From Corallochytrium limacisporum Hawaii (taxonomy: Eukaryota > Protista > Pluriformea), in assembly GCA_002811645.1 (NCBI GenBank), contig PDIP01000005.1, positions 259,198-323,197 on the forward strand: 64,000 nt of DNA, read 5' to 3'. The notes below the pieces were generated by a model. The model searched no databases and had not been told where the DNA came from. It was given only the letters and a program-made list of their open reading frames with translations. Shown one piece after another: positions 30,060-42,500 of this stretch. Numbering within the stretch: position 1 is the first letter of the stretch; each line of letters starts with the position of its first letter. A program made the translations under genes and the position numbers.

Positions 30060-31634
30060 CTACTCCTTTATCCCATTAGAGCCACGACGTATAACCCCGA
30101 GCTCCTCCTCATATGACACAGACGCACGGCTGTAGGAAGCTGCGGCAATGCCACCATGCGCCATGATTTCTTCGTCGGCGCCATGTGTGAGGAGCATCTC
30201 ATTGTCGTCCTCAGTGCGAAGACGTTCGTGGGATCCTTTCTTAACTCCACCAAGCATGAGCTGTTGGTAATTGTCAGGCAGGACGTAGTTCCGGAACACG
30301 ATCAAACCTACTGCTCCGGCCATAGACATGCTGGAGAGTATGAACCACATCGCCTGCGGATTTGGACACTCCGCTGAGGTTGGTCCTGGGCAGAACTCTT
30401 CCAAACAATACCCCCCAATAGGACCTACGGCAAACTTTGCAAGGAACAAGGGGGCGCTAGCTAATTGTGTGTACATTCCTTCCTGTCCGTCTGGGGACAC
30501 CATCATAGTGTAATCATATACACGTGGATTGTAGACTGCTTCTCCAATTGAGAGGACCACCACAAACACGAGAGTGGCCCAAACCGTATTGATGACCAAA
30601 AAGTACATCGACAGGGAGCTTACAAACGAGCCGGTCACAATCATCCTGAAATGATCGCAGTTGACAGTGAGCGTAGAGACGATAGGGACCAAAAAGATAA
30701 TGATGAGCGGGTTTATGCTCAAAATTGTGCCCCAAGCCTCGGAATCGAACTCACGTTTGAAATACTTTGGGAATGTCGAATCCATGTGTCTAAAGACCAT
30801 TCGCACGAGAGTGATACAAGACACAAAGAGCAGAAGACGGTGGAAATTGGATTGCTTGAAAACAGTAATCGCTTGCTCCAGGTCGTTTCGCAAAGTCGTA
30901 GTCTTAGTCCGCTGCTGCACTTCACCGTGGTCATTAACTTCAATCTCCCGGAATGCGAATGCACAAATCACAAGCATGGTCCCTGATGAGACTACTCCGG
31001 TCAAAAAGATCAATCGCCGTGCGCTGAAGTGATGCCCGAAAATATCAATACCTGTGTCCTCCGCATCGCAACTGTTGGTTTCTCCCGGGGGACAGCCAAA
31101 GACTGTCAGCAGAATTGTAGTTAAATTGCCCGACAGGAGGGCCGCTATGTTCATTGTCGCGTAGAACAGACCATAGCTCACTGTGCGAATAGATGTGTGT
31201 GTGTATCGCTTGATTGCAATGGTCAGGACAGGAATTCCAAGTGCTTCGGCAACGGGCAGGAAACCCAAGAGGCCAATCAGCAAACCTGACCTTGTGGTAC
31301 TGAGGAGCACGAAGAGCCTCCCAACAAAACTGCAGATCGCACCTACGGTCAAGGACAACTTCACCCCGAGGTAGTCAATAGCAAAGCCCATGACAAATCC
31401 CTCAATGGATATCACAAGACCCAAGGTTCCATATAGCCACCCCGCATCACTGTCTGAATACCCGAATTCTTCGGAAAGGTAAGAGGTGCAGTTTACACTG
31501 AAGCTAAAGTAGCCGTAGGACCCTAGAAATTTCAGGGCAAACACGAGCCAGAGCTCATGTGGACAGCCTTTTAGCTTGTTGAAAAGGTCAACTTGGGACT
31601 GCCAGCCCTCGCGGACTGCTGTGGCTATCCCCAT
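30060..31634 (-). CDS. Major facilitator superfamily transporter (POT/peptide-transporter-like)
   Basis: About 12 hydrophobic segments, MFS motif A-like GFAIDYLGVK, YGLFYATMNIAAL and SIGEAVYNPR. First in-frame ATG at 31634. Confidence 0.85.
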   Translation of the reverse strand: MGIATAVREGWQSQVDLFNKLKGCPHELWLVFALKFLGSYGYFSFSVNCTSYLSEEFGYSDSDAGWLYGTLGLVISIEGFVMGFAIDYLGVKLSLTVGAICSFVGRLFVLLSTTRSGLLIGLLGFLPVAEALGIPVLTIAIKRYTHTSIRTVSYGLFYATMNIAALLSGNLTTILLTVFGCPPGETNSCDAEDTGIDIFGHHFSARRLIFLTGVVSSGTMLVICAFAFREIEVNDHGEVQQRTKTTTLRNDLEQAITVFKQSNFHRLLLFVSCITLVRMVFRHMDSTFPKYFKREFDSEAWGTILSINPLIIIFLVPIVSTLTVNCDHFRMIVTGSFVSSLSMYFLVINTVWATLVFVVVLSIGEAVYNPRVYDYTMMVSPDGQEGMYTQLASAPLFLAKFAVGPIGGYCLEEFCPGPTSAECPNPQAMWFILSSMSMAGAVGLIVFRNYVLPDNYQQLMLGGVKKGSHERLRTEDDNEMLLTHGADEEIMAHGGIAAASYSRASVSYEEELGVIRRGSNGIKE

Positions 31635-34049
31635 GTCTTCATTTTGCAAATGAGATGTGGTTTGTCTTCAATGGCACCGCGCATCCTCTATTTCTGTTGG
31701 TCTCTGCCTGGACAGCCAATGTATTAAGATCTCACAGTTTTCAAATAGATACCAAACACGTTTAGGTTCTTGGGACTGCGAGTAAGTAAACAAACAACAT
31801 TTTACGCACTCACCGATGGTACGAACCGATTGATGACCGCTTCGGTTGCCCCGTACGGATGCTACCAAGTCTACCCTGTCCCTCTTCCATCGCTGAATCC
31901 TCTGCGACCACGGACGTTCCCTATCAACAAACCCCATCGCCCGCACTGCCCACCTGCACAGCTTGCCTAATCTAGCAACTCACTCGAAAGTATCCCTTCC
32001 TTCGTCGACCCAACATTGGGGGACCGAGGAGGTCGTAGCCAAGTAATGGGGTTCCATTCCACACGAAAGTCTGACCCCTCTCCATATTTTTTTTCTCCTC
32101 TGGGCCTTTGAGGAAAAGCTACACCGCAGAATTTCGCAGTGTAAGGAAAATGCCTGTACCCCTAACAAATAACGATTTCATAATAGCGAATTAGGGACCC
32201 ACCCACTCGGCCTCCCAGAAGGGCCTGCGGACCCGCGCAGGGGGTGGGGGGACTGCACATCAGAGCAATTGTGTGCACGCTTCAAATCGTTGCGTCAAAC
32301 GGTTAGGGCCAGTTACATAATTTCTACAGAACACTAATTTCGTGAATTCAGTTTCGACTTTCTGGCTGCGGAGACACACGGGGTGTGTTCGCCGTGAGTA
32401 GCGAGAACTTCCGGTGTCTGTGAAAACTGTGGACGATGGTACACATCACCGGTATTCAGCACAACTAACTTACAGGATAAGGCAATTGTAGGATGGCTCA
32501 TCCGACCTGCATATGAGTGAGTTGTGGTGGGATTGGTAGGTGTTAGTGAGGGCAATGGCTGCTTCTCCACAGCATGCGTACCCTGGACACTACGAGCGGG
32601 CACGGAGCAAGCCATCCGACCTCCTTTGCGGTACGTCACTGATCGTCGGAACTCTAATTTGTAGTTGGTAACTTCTTGTATGTGAACTTGTTGTTGCGAG
32701 GATGAAAAAGCCACACAAAAAAACTTGCAAATCCTGCTCTGTGGTGGAACCGTCAGCTGGATTTGGTGGAAGAGTAGCTAAACAGAGAGTGGGGTCCTGC
32801 ATACCAATTTCCAGATTGGGAATTTAATTGATGATGAATTATGAGAAATGGATTAGGTGGCTTTCAGGTCAGTTGTTTGGAGTGCAGCCGAAATGCTGAA
32901 TTCCCTCAAATACAGCCTAGCAGTGACCTACTTTGAGGCCGGACCTGGTTGATGAGGCACCGTTGAAGTTCTTTTCTCGGACGAGTATGAGTTCATAACC
33001 TAATGAGAAGGAGCAGCATTCCGCTTGTTGCCGTCCTAACGGAGAGGGCTCGCATAGTCGTGATATAGTCTTTAATTTTTGCGAATAGCGCCGATGGGTT
33101 TGCGCTCTTTGGGAAGGCCGGTACGACGGTGGTAGCGATCCCGCTGCCCAAGCCTGCAAGCATGCGATTTTGTTGTCGTGCGATGCATGCGAGCATTTAC
33201 GTTCACTCTAGGATTGGGATGTGCACAAATAAGAGAAATATGCAGAAGTATTGAGACAAGAGATGCGCACAGAAAGTGAAGACATTATACGAAACAGGGA
33301 CCCGATGACGACGAATGTCGAGAAGGAACCACGTACAGAAAACAGGCTATCAAGTGCCAGCATGGCATAGGTTTGAGTTTTGATGGGCCGGGTCCGGCTG
33401 AACTGGTTCGTTGCATTCTTTTCCGAGCTCAACACGGATTCAACGCAAAAGGTGAACCAAGAGATGGTTGGTACATAATTGGAACTTCACTTCGAACCCG
33501 GATTGAGGAGTTTCGGTCGACATGTGATTGAACTAAGCTTTCTGCGTGAAAAACAGGAGCGTCTGTGGGAAATCGGGTCGGGGCCCTTGGGATGGACATA
33601 TCATCGGTTTCAACTGCATGAGCACGATTATCGATGAAGCCACATTTCAGATCGGCGCGGCTAGGCGTAGCTTTCGACTGCTGTTCTCTGCTCTGATTTC
33701 CTTCGCTTGGTCGACTAGATGATGACGAAAGGGGCACGGATTCCGGACAATATGTCTGTAGCTGGGTTATGCGGATGCTGGTGATCCTGAAGGTACAAGA
33801 GTGCTGACGAGCGGCAACGTGCAGTAACAATAAGACAACTTTGTATCAATAGTCATTGCAAGAACCAACAGTTGTGTGTTTTGACATGGCCATTAGTGCG
33901 TAGGGTACCATTCACAGACTGTCCTTCAAGGGGGGACTCGAGTACTTGTGACCACTGACATTCTGGTGTGAACTTGTACGAGTTGGCAATTCGGTATACG
34001 CCGAAATTCTCATCGTCCTAGTCCCTTGTCAACACACACACACATAGCG

Positions 34050-34973
34050 ATGGAGCAATTCAATCATCAAGTGCAGGCGTACGGGCGGGTCGTGTACCTG
34101 AAGTTTCTAGGCTTGCCGGGCATCAAAAAGGCAGAAGAACTCGGAGTCTTCGACGCCCTCAAGGAAGTCTTCTTCTTTGTCATGCTCCTCAAAGTTTACA
34201 ACTTTGTTCGCAATCAGTACGGTAGCCGCATAGTAGCTGTCGATGTGGCCAAGACACACGCAGACGAGGTCGTAGCCATAGAGAAGTTTCTGAACGTTTT
34301 TGTGGAAGAGAAGATCCAGGCGGCTTTCCTCAATAACGTCTTCTTCATCAAGTTGATGAACACGTTCTATTACACCGCTCATCCTCTTGTCACAATCATA
34401 GGGGCAGTTCTCCTGTACATGTACAATCGATCGAACTTCCCTAAATGGCGCAACGTGTTTCTCATCATGAACTTTATAGCTCTATTTGGCTACGCAGTGT
34501 GGCCTTTGATGCCTCCACGGCTACTAGGCGATTGCGAGACCGAGTACGGCGGGTGCGATCGTCAGTACTTTTTTGTGGATACACTGGAAGGGTATGGCGC
34601 CCAGTGGTCATGGCGCTCAGGTTCAGCATCTGTACTGAGTAACCAGTACGCTGCGATGCCAAGCATGCACATTGGATATGCTCTTTGGAGCACGAATGCC
34701 AGTCTGAGTGTCGTTCAGAACCGGATCGGTCGACTGACGTTCATGGCATACCCTTTCATTGTCGCACTGTGCATTGTGGTCACTGCGAATCATTTTATAT
34801 TGGACATGGTGGGGGGCTTAATCACCTTCTTCATGGGTCACATTCTGACTTTCAAACTCTACGAAGTATTCCGGGGAAAGAGGCCCAACTACTCTAAACT
34901 CAAGGAGGATGTCGACATAGAAGAGGGCCTTTGCTGTGCGTCTACGAATGGAGAGACTACTAGCATGTCCTGA
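34050..34973 (+). CDS. PAP2-superfamily (Aur1/IPC-synthase-like, PAP2_3) membrane protein
   Basis: WPLMPPRL, NQYAAMPSMHIGYALW and TANHFILD catalytic motifs, with several TM helices. First ATG at 34050. Confidence 0.85.
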   Translation: MEQFNHQVQAYGRVVYLKFLGLPGIKKAEELGVFDALKEVFFFVMLLKVYNFVRNQYGSRIVAVDVAKTHADEVVAIEKFLNVFVEEKIQAAFLNNVFFIKLMNTFYYTAHPLVTIIGAVLLYMYNRSNFPKWRNVFLIMNFIALFGYAVWPLMPPRLLGDCETEYGGCDRQYFFVDTLEGYGAQWSWRSGSASVLSNQYAAMPSMHIGYALWSTNASLSVVQNRIGRLTFMAYPFIVALCIVVTANHFILDMVGGLITFFMGHILTFKLYEVFRGKRPNYSKLKEDVDIEEGLCCASTNGETTSMS

Positions 34974-35192
34974 ATCGGAGTCCAATTGACCTCACTTCAA
35001 TGTATATTAGATTCTGATAGGCTTTTTATACTTTATACTTCTAGTTTCTCAGCTTTCAATGTAGGGTCAGTAGTCGAGGGTACGGTTACCTATGTTTACA
35101 TTTGTGCTTGATACAATGAATGATATAAATGAAAGAAATGGATCGGTATCTCTAAAGGTACCAGTACATGATGTGTGCGTGAGAAGTGTAGT

Positions 35193-37283
35193 TTAGAGCT
35201 TCGCACGAGCACCCTGTGCCGCCTTGAACTGGCCGTTGACGGCGCGAACGTTGATAATTGCGTGGCTCTCGCGGCAGGGCTCTTCATGGTTCAGTGGCTC
35301 GCGGCGAGCATATTCGTAGAGACCCTCGTAGCAGTTGCCAGCGTATTGGCCAATGGCAGAGTTCAGACGGAAGTCACTGATGCCAAAAGCATCGCTTAGA
35401 CCAATTGCGTTCGGGCGGACCACGGGCAGGAGTTGTACAACGCGCTCAGCGGCCATCTCGGCCTGATCTGGTGTGAAAAAGCCAGATGCAACAAAGTCAC
35501 CGACATTCTGCTCGAACTGATAGGCGACGAACAGTTCACAGAGCTGAGTCAGGACCGGCACGAGCTGCTTGTTCTGCACGGTCTTCAGACCGTTCACAAA
35601 GTTGGCTACCAGCACAGACATGATGTGAGCGTTGGAGAGCTTGAAGAACTCAACTGTCACATCCTGACGGATCTGCTCCTCGTTCTTGCCCTGCTTGGCC
35701 AGGCGCTGCATCTTGGCGGCAACGCGGGACAGGATGTAGGCAGCACGATGCTGGAAGAAGACAATGGCAGAGTCGAGGTCGGCAGTAATGTCCTCGGGCC
35801 TGCTAGCCTTGGATTTGAGCGGAAGCAGCTTGGGCAGATCGGCAATGTACTCAGCGGCACCGTTGGGTCGGTGGCCCTTCTGGGAAGCCATAAGGCACTT
35901 GATCAGATAGCGGCTGACTTGACCGGTGAGCATGTAATTGTCACCTTCGACGGTACAATTTTGCTGGTAGGTGCCGACCAGATCTGGCAGACCAGAGGTC
36001 TTCAGGTAGCCGGAACCACCACATGCCTTGCGCATGTCCTCAATTCCGTCCGCGGTCAGGCGGGTAACCAAGGATTTCAGACCGGAGCTCACGTTGTGCA
36101 TGTCGGCCATGCCGCTGAAGTCGCCATTGCGTACTTCTTCCATGCCCTTCTCGTAGCGCAAAAGCATTGCATCACCGCTGAAGTGGTAGGCATAGGCAGA
36201 GGCCAGCTGGGTCAGCACGCGGTACTGCTGGATGGGATAGTCCAGGATCTTGACCTCCTCAGTCGTGGAGCCAGGTGCAAAGCCTTGGCGACGCTGGGCC
36301 AGATAACGGGCAGCAATGGTAACTGCCTGGGCCAGGTTCTTGGAGGCACCATAGATGATCATACTGCGCACGTACATCATGGAGACGTAAGAGATCTTAG
36401 AGTGAGCGTCGGGGTTCTTCTTGTAGACACCCTCCGCAGTCACGGTTTGGTATTTGCCAGCCAGGGCACGGCGAGGGGCACGCACCTTGTTGAACAAGAG
36501 ATATCCGTTCTCCTGGGTGTTGTAGCCAATCTTGGGACCAATGTCACCGGAGTACACACCGGGCATCAGCTCCTGGTTGTCCAGACGGCGGATCTGCACC
36601 ATAAAGTTGTGGACACCATAGTCCTTTCCGCGCAGAATCAGACGTGCGTAGACAACAGCGTGGGTGGCGCTGCGACCCAAGGCACCGGGCCACCACTTGG
36701 CAGCAGTTAGGGAAGGAGTGTTGAACTCCCACTCCTCGGTCTCCGGGATATAAGTGGCAGTGGTCTCCAGACCACGAACGTTGGAGCCGTGACCCAGCTC
36801 GGTCTGGGCGTAGCAGCCCAGGATCTCGTAGTCATAAGCCTTCTGGAGCCACCAGCTCTGCTGCTCTTCATCAAACAGTTCCTCGATGTTGGGAATGAAC
36901 ATGATGTGCTGCAGATCGGTGGGGACACCGTCAGGGTTTAGACGACGCAGAAGAATGGAGTCTTCATAGGACAGGTTGTTCTCCCGGCGAATCTGCTCCA
37001 GACGGACGGTCTTGCGGGCAGCCAGACCAGCCAATTCGGCATGGGTCTTGTAGTAGACGTCCTGATGGGTTTCCTTGGAGTTAATCAAAGGATCCTTGAT
37101 CAGCAGACTCTCGAGGAATTCCTTGCGCTCCGTCTCCTTCTTGCCACCGTCCAAAAGGTAAGACATCTCGCGCACGGGGAAAGTGGTTTTGGCACGCTCA
37201 TCGGCGAGTTCCTCGGCTGTGCTCTTGCGGCCCTTCGGCATCACCGGCAGGCGGCGGACCCAAGTGTCATCGGCAGGGGGCAT
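35193..37283 (-). CDS. ACOX1: Peroxisomal acyl-CoA oxidase
   Basis: GCYAQTELGHGSNVRGLETTA, KWWPGALG, GDIGPKIG, RKACGGSGY and TVEGDN. C-terminal PTS1 -AKL. Confidence 0.96.
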   Translation of the reverse strand: MPPADDTWVRRLPVMPKGRKSTAEELADERAKTTFPVREMSYLLDGGKKETERKEFLESLLIKDPLINSKETHQDVYYKTHAELAGLAARKTVRLEQIRRENNLSYEDSILLRRLNPDGVPTDLQHIMFIPNIEELFDEEQQSWWLQKAYDYEILGCYAQTELGHGSNVRGLETTATYIPETEEWEFNTPSLTAAKWWPGALGRSATHAVVYARLILRGKDYGVHNFMVQIRRLDNQELMPGVYSGDIGPKIGYNTQENGYLLFNKVRAPRRALAGKYQTVTAEGVYKKNPDAHSKISYVSMMYVRSMIIYGASKNLAQAVTIAARYLAQRRQGFAPGSTTEEVKILDYPIQQYRVLTQLASAYAYHFSGDAMLLRYEKGMEEVRNGDFSGMADMHNVSSGLKSLVTRLTADGIEDMRKACGGSGYLKTSGLPDLVGTYQQNCTVEGDNYMLTGQVSRYLIKCLMASQKGHRPNGAAEYIADLPKLLPLKSKASRPEDITADLDSAIVFFQHRAAYILSRVAAKMQRLAKQGKNEEQIRQDVTVEFFKLSNAHIMSVLVANFVNGLKTVQNKQLVPVLTQLCELFVAYQFEQNVGDFVASGFFTPDQAEMAAERVVQLLPVVRPNAIGLSDAFGISDFRLNSAIGQYAGNCYEGLYEYARREPLNHEEPCRESHAIINVRAVNGQFKAAQGARAKL

Positions 37284-38524
37284 GGTTGTACTTTTCTTTG
37301 TTTCGTTTCTCAGACCCGATCCAAACTATATGAAACCCTCGTTATGTTGCGAGATCAACTAATAAAGACAAAAACCATAAATACCTACACATCTGACTTT
37401 TCTGTCCATTGGCGCAGTTCCAAACCCATACTAGTGGACAAAAACAAACCAAGCCAGTCGCCACTGATATGAGCTGCCAGACAAAACGCTTTTGAGTGAT
37501 TCAGGCCAAACCCTCTCAATAGATCACACCCCCATTCCCTGGAGCCAGTCCCAGCCCGAAAGACAGAATCATGCGATAGTCAGCCAATACTGCCGAGCCA
37601 TACCTAATGCAAAAATGTCTCCGCTTACAAGTACAGCGACCAAGCCAATCTGCACAAGGGGACGCGTCGACACATATGGAGGAGGAGACGGGCCCCGCTG
37701 TGCACGAGAACCGTCCGCTTTGAGCCACTGATTAACTACCGGGAAAGCGGCACCGCCGGAAGTGATACTGCTGCTGACGATACCACCTCGCCGGTCCTGG
37801 GTACGGGTGTGTCCTCCAACTAAGCCAGAGCTGTTCAGTGGACACAGCTGCTAGATCCTGTACAACCGCGGATCGTTCTGTGAAAAAGGGGGGATGCACC
37901 GGGCGAGGTTCCAGACACAAAGCGTTTAGAACCGCCTACTGCAGCAGGGCGAGCGCTGTTCTATTTTTGGCACAGCATTTAGGTCCCTTCCCTGGGGCAG
38001 TTGCTAGTATACTATGCAATCTGCGACCGGACAACTGTAGTCTGCCAACCATCGAAGGAAAGGGGGCCTATCTTCGCCAATTAATTTCATTGAAGTTCAC
38101 GAGCTTCGCCTCCCCAGGTCGACATGTGAGCTTTCGATACTAAGAGTACTATGTCTTCCATATTTGGCAATTTTCAGCAGACAATAAATAGACCCCAAAT
38201 TAACATTTTGATGATTATGGTCACCGATGAGTTAGGTTATCAGGTATGGCGAAGGAAAACGGGCGCGACTGGCAACGCTAACCTGTCCAAACCAAACTTC
38301 TTGACACCCCTGTTACGGTTTGCGTGTGATCTCTTCAGCAGGTGCGGGATCTATAGGCTCTTCAGCCGTTCATATTTTCATGTATTGCGCTTTCATCAGT
38401 TACAAGACAGAACACGGTTATCATACTAAGCCAGATCGTTGGTACTACACAGAATTCTTGGACTAGTTTACGAAGTGTAATCAAGCAGAGAATAGCCACG
38501 GCTGACCAAATTACGGATTCAAAG

Positions 38525-39466
38525 ATGCCCACTGAGGCTACTCCTGTTGAGGTGGTGAACCGCCTGCAGGAACTTGCGTTACAAGACAAGGCCAACCGAG
38601 AGAAGAATAAGCGTGTACAACAGTTGCTAAAGAAAGAAACCCAGGCTCTTAACAAGTTGATAGAGTCGAGCGGTGACAATGCAATCCAGGCTCTGCATGA
38701 CCGATACATGAAGATGTTCCGGGAGAAGCTAGCATGGGAAGATGAGAAGGCGGTGAACGCCAAAAAATATGACGAACTGGAACTGCAGACCCAGGTATTG
38801 AAGAATGAGAATGGCGTGCTGGACAAACGTGCCGAGACCAGTCAGAAACTCTTCGATGCCGTGAAGGACAAATATGCCCTAGCAGTGAAGGAGAAGGAGC
38901 TTGCCCAGAGTCATTTGAAGGAGACTCTAGAAAAGTACGAAAAAGCGTATTCCAGTATTGCTGAGCAGGCTGAGGGTAAGGATGAGACCTATCAGGAGGC
39001 CATGAAGAAGGTCACAGAACTGCATGAAAACCTGGTGAAGAAGGAAGAGTACCTGAATGCCCAAGCCAAGACCATGGAATTAGAACAGAGGTTGGCAGAA
39101 GCTAAGATTAACGAAGCGCAATCTATTGCTAATCAGGCCAATGAAAAAGCCGCAAAGATGGAGGAGATCATGAAAAGGCTAGTGGAAGAAAGCAACGACC
39201 TAAAGGATAAATATTTGAAGCAGACTGAGGCTCTGGAGGCCTACGAGCAGCTTACTAACGACATGAAGAACGCCATCAACCAAAGCCGAGAGAGCATGGA
39301 CGAATTTGCCAAGGAAATGCGTGGATTACGTAAGACGAACGAAGAGCTTTCCAAGAAATGTGATTCCCAGAAAGTGAATGTATACAAGTACGCTATGGAG
39401 AACAAGGATCTGCAGGAACGGTGCCACAAGCTGGAAGAACTGTACCGCAGTGCGTTAAAGAAGTAA
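38525..39466 (+). CDS. Taxilin-like coiled-coil protein
   Basis: Continuous heptad coiled coil. ELEQRLAEAKI, FAKEM and KLEELYRSA resemble taxilin motifs (LxxAKL, FKxEM, LEKLCRAL). Confidence 0.65.
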   Translation: MPTEATPVEVVNRLQELALQDKANREKNKRVQQLLKKETQALNKLIESSGDNAIQALHDRYMKMFREKLAWEDEKAVNAKKYDELELQTQVLKNENGVLDKRAETSQKLFDAVKDKYALAVKEKELAQSHLKETLEKYEKAYSSIAEQAEGKDETYQEAMKKVTELHENLVKKEEYLNAQAKTMELEQRLAEAKINEAQSIANQANEKAAKMEEIMKRLVEESNDLKDKYLKQTEALEAYEQLTNDMKNAINQSRESMDEFAKEMRGLRKTNEELSKKCDSQKVNVYKYAMENKDLQERCHKLEELYRSALKK

Positions 39467-39567
39467 GCAAGGGAATACTCTAACATGTAGATAAATCGAA
39501 TTTGTGTTTCTAGATAGAAGTCACTTCCATGTAAACGTAACTATTTTAACAGTCTATTCTTTACAAA

Positions 39568-42500
39568 CTACTTGAACATAAGAATACCCCTGACTTCACC
39601 CAGGAACACCTGCAATGCCGCACGGAAGTTCTCCATATTGCGACGCTTAAAGTTGAGCTCAATTTGGCCACCATTCATCATGCTATCGAAGGCCTTGGCC
39701 ACACGATCGCGATCTCCTTGGAACGTCTCGTTTACATTCTGAACCACTTCATGCGCTAGGCGCATAAAGTCATTCTGGCAGCAACACATTGTTGCAAAGA
39801 GGGCCTTCGAAGCATTCCCGATCAGGTCCATGTTGAACGGTTTGAAGAGTAGCAACTCCATGATGTTCTTAAGGAAGTGTCCAGCACTGTTGGGAATAAT
39901 TTTGTTGGCGTGGACGTTGGAGAAGTTCGCCCCATGCTTCTGCATATCGTTGAACACTCCTTCGTATAGGGTTGCGATGCTTTCGAAGGAACGACGGCAC
40001 ACTTCAATAGCACTGGGACTGTTGAGGCCCTTGTCCAGAGAGAGAACAATGGCCTGGGCCGGATCACCCTCCAGCTGGAGAATGTGCTCCACATGGACTT
40101 CAAAGAGTTGTTGCAGAAGAGTGTAGAAAGTTGCAGCAGTCTTGGACAGGTCTTCCAACTCCAAAGCTGCGTTTGCCAGCAACGGCAGGCACTGCACAAC
40201 AGCAACCATTGTGTGCAGATCCTGCGTTCCCGATACTTCGTCACTGAAGTCGACATAGTCTTTAGAGAACAACGCCAGATTCATCTGCAACATGGCACGG
40301 ATGCCATCACCGATGTCCTCCACTTCGTCTACTCGCTTGCGAGAGCGATTGCCTTTGATAAAGTCAGAGTGGAACCGGCGAACCATGTGCAATACGGCAT
40401 CAGCAAAGTGCTTTTCTTGCTCATTTGTAGCATACGGTCCCATGTGCTCCAAGAATACGGCCCAACATTCCAGAATGACACCCTGGACCTGAGCATTTGT
40501 GGTGTAGCACTCCATGATTTGCGGCATGATCATCATTGGATCCCAAACCAACTGAAGCATCTGCTTCTGGTTGTTCGAAACAATGGAATGGAAGCATCCC
40601 GTCAATCCGCTCAGCACACGTCGGAGCTCTGTCTCGACCATCACATTCTGTGCGCTCTTGCGGAAGCTATCAAAGTCAGCTGCAACTTTCTTGAGAGGTG
40701 CGACAAGACTCTCCACCAATTGAATCAGGTACTGCATTTCCTCATTGGATTCATCCGCATCCCAAGATGCGACCGAGAGCGCTGTGTACAAGGAAACAAG
40801 ATGGTCAGGACCCATGTTGGACATAGGGGACTGCCTCTGTTTCACAATGGTAACAAACTCCAGCCACTGTGGTGATAGTTGGGTCATTAGAGCAATGCGG
40901 CATGTTTTCATCTTCACCAATGCCAGCAGAAGACTGCAAGCCTCACTGCACACCCTTTTTTCTGCGCTCATGGAGGAGCAGCAAGCCTGAACAAATTGAA
41001 CCAAAAAGACCAAAATCTGCCCCGAGTGCTCGCTTTGCAAGCCAAAGGCCTGAAGAATTGCAGGATCTGCAGTTTGCTTGTTTGTGAAAAGGTATGTTCG
41101 TGCCCAGCGGTGCAAGAACCACAGCACAGTCTGCATGGCGTACGGGCTCACGGCACCATTGTCACCGTGCTGCTGTAAGATCTGCATACATCCCTGACAA
41201 AATTGGAGCACACCTTGCATCATGGTGCAGACGGCTTGGCTAGCTTCTGCACTTCCGCGCCATCCCTGTGTGAAACATTCTGGTATTTCAGGAATCTCAC
41301 CCGTGTCGCTGTCGGCAATAAGATGCCCAGCAATCAGCAGTAACCAGTGCAAATCTTCCCACAGTAGCATGTCGCCTTGCTGTCCTTGCATTAAGGCGGT
41401 CATGGTGTGCTGCAACTGCCCAATGGTATGAGTGATTGCTCCGCTGACAGTCTGCATGGAGGGTGCTATTGCGTGACGACCAATGACAGCCGTGCTTGTC
41501 AAGATGTCATCGTACACGTCCTTATCATCATCAAAATCTTCATCTTCTTCGTCATCGGCCTCTTGCTCTGCCTTTCTACGACCGTCCTGGAGAGCGGTCT
41601 TCACATATGTGTTAAAGATCTCTTGTGCCGCTTGGCCAGCAGTGTTGCTGTCAACGATGCCGTTCAACATAAGACTGGTCCAAGCCGTGAACAACTGGTC
41701 GATACTGTCACTGTTCCATGGCGAAAACTCGTCGTCACCTAGTCGGGCGTTAAGGCAATCCAGTGTGAATCCAGCTGAAAGCTGTAGGAACTCTTGAAAC
41801 AGTGAAGGATTCACAGTCGACCAAGTCTGCTGATTGAAGCTGGATGTGAGGCGGTTGATGATTACGCTGTGTGCCAGCTTCATCTCCTCCGGCGTCTTGT
41901 TGTTTTGACATTTCATGATGGCAATGAAACCTTGAAGATAAAAGCTAAGGTAATTGACGCGAGCTTCAAGAGTCGGTAGGATGGGTCCCGAAAGAGTCGC
42001 CAGCTGCTGGAGACACTGACTCAAAGAATGCGCAAGCTGTTGCCGGCTGCAGATTCGAGGGTACAAAGTAAACATGACTTGCAACGGTGGGTATCCATGG
42101 CCAACCAGCAATTCTGCCCAATGCTTTGCAGGTCGCAGAATCGGCAAGCTTTCCCCAGCATCAAAAGATTCAGTCATATGCCCGACCCTTCCGAATGGCC
42201 AGCTCAGAACATTTGATGCCACTGTTAGCATGTCCTTGAGGATGATTTCAGACGGCAGCGGAATGTCATCAGTACCGTTCTGGACTTGAGCCGTAGCGCT
42301 CTGCAAAACCTGCAGGGTTAACACAAATGTTCGCTTCAACCCATTGGTTTCAAAGTCTTGCTTGCATCGATGATGAAACTCGTACGACAACCCGATTCCT
42401 GAACTTGAACTTGATGAGCCGAATTCAGTTAAGAGCGCTTGCAACTGTGACGCGGCCACGTGCTGCTGTTGTGGTGATTCTTGCGTAAGTGACCTTTCGA

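Noticed and set aside
32300-33900. Long MFS/PAP2 intergenic region with several short ORFs and Cys/His patterns
   Set aside because: No coherent RING or zinc-finger spacing and no recognisable homology in the frames I read.
35433-36710. 425-aa ORF antisense to ACOX1 (similar shadows over RPL12, XPO4, WARS1 and PRDX5)
   Set aside because: Explained by the strong C-ending codon bias of the sense gene, which removes antisense stops. No recognisable domain.
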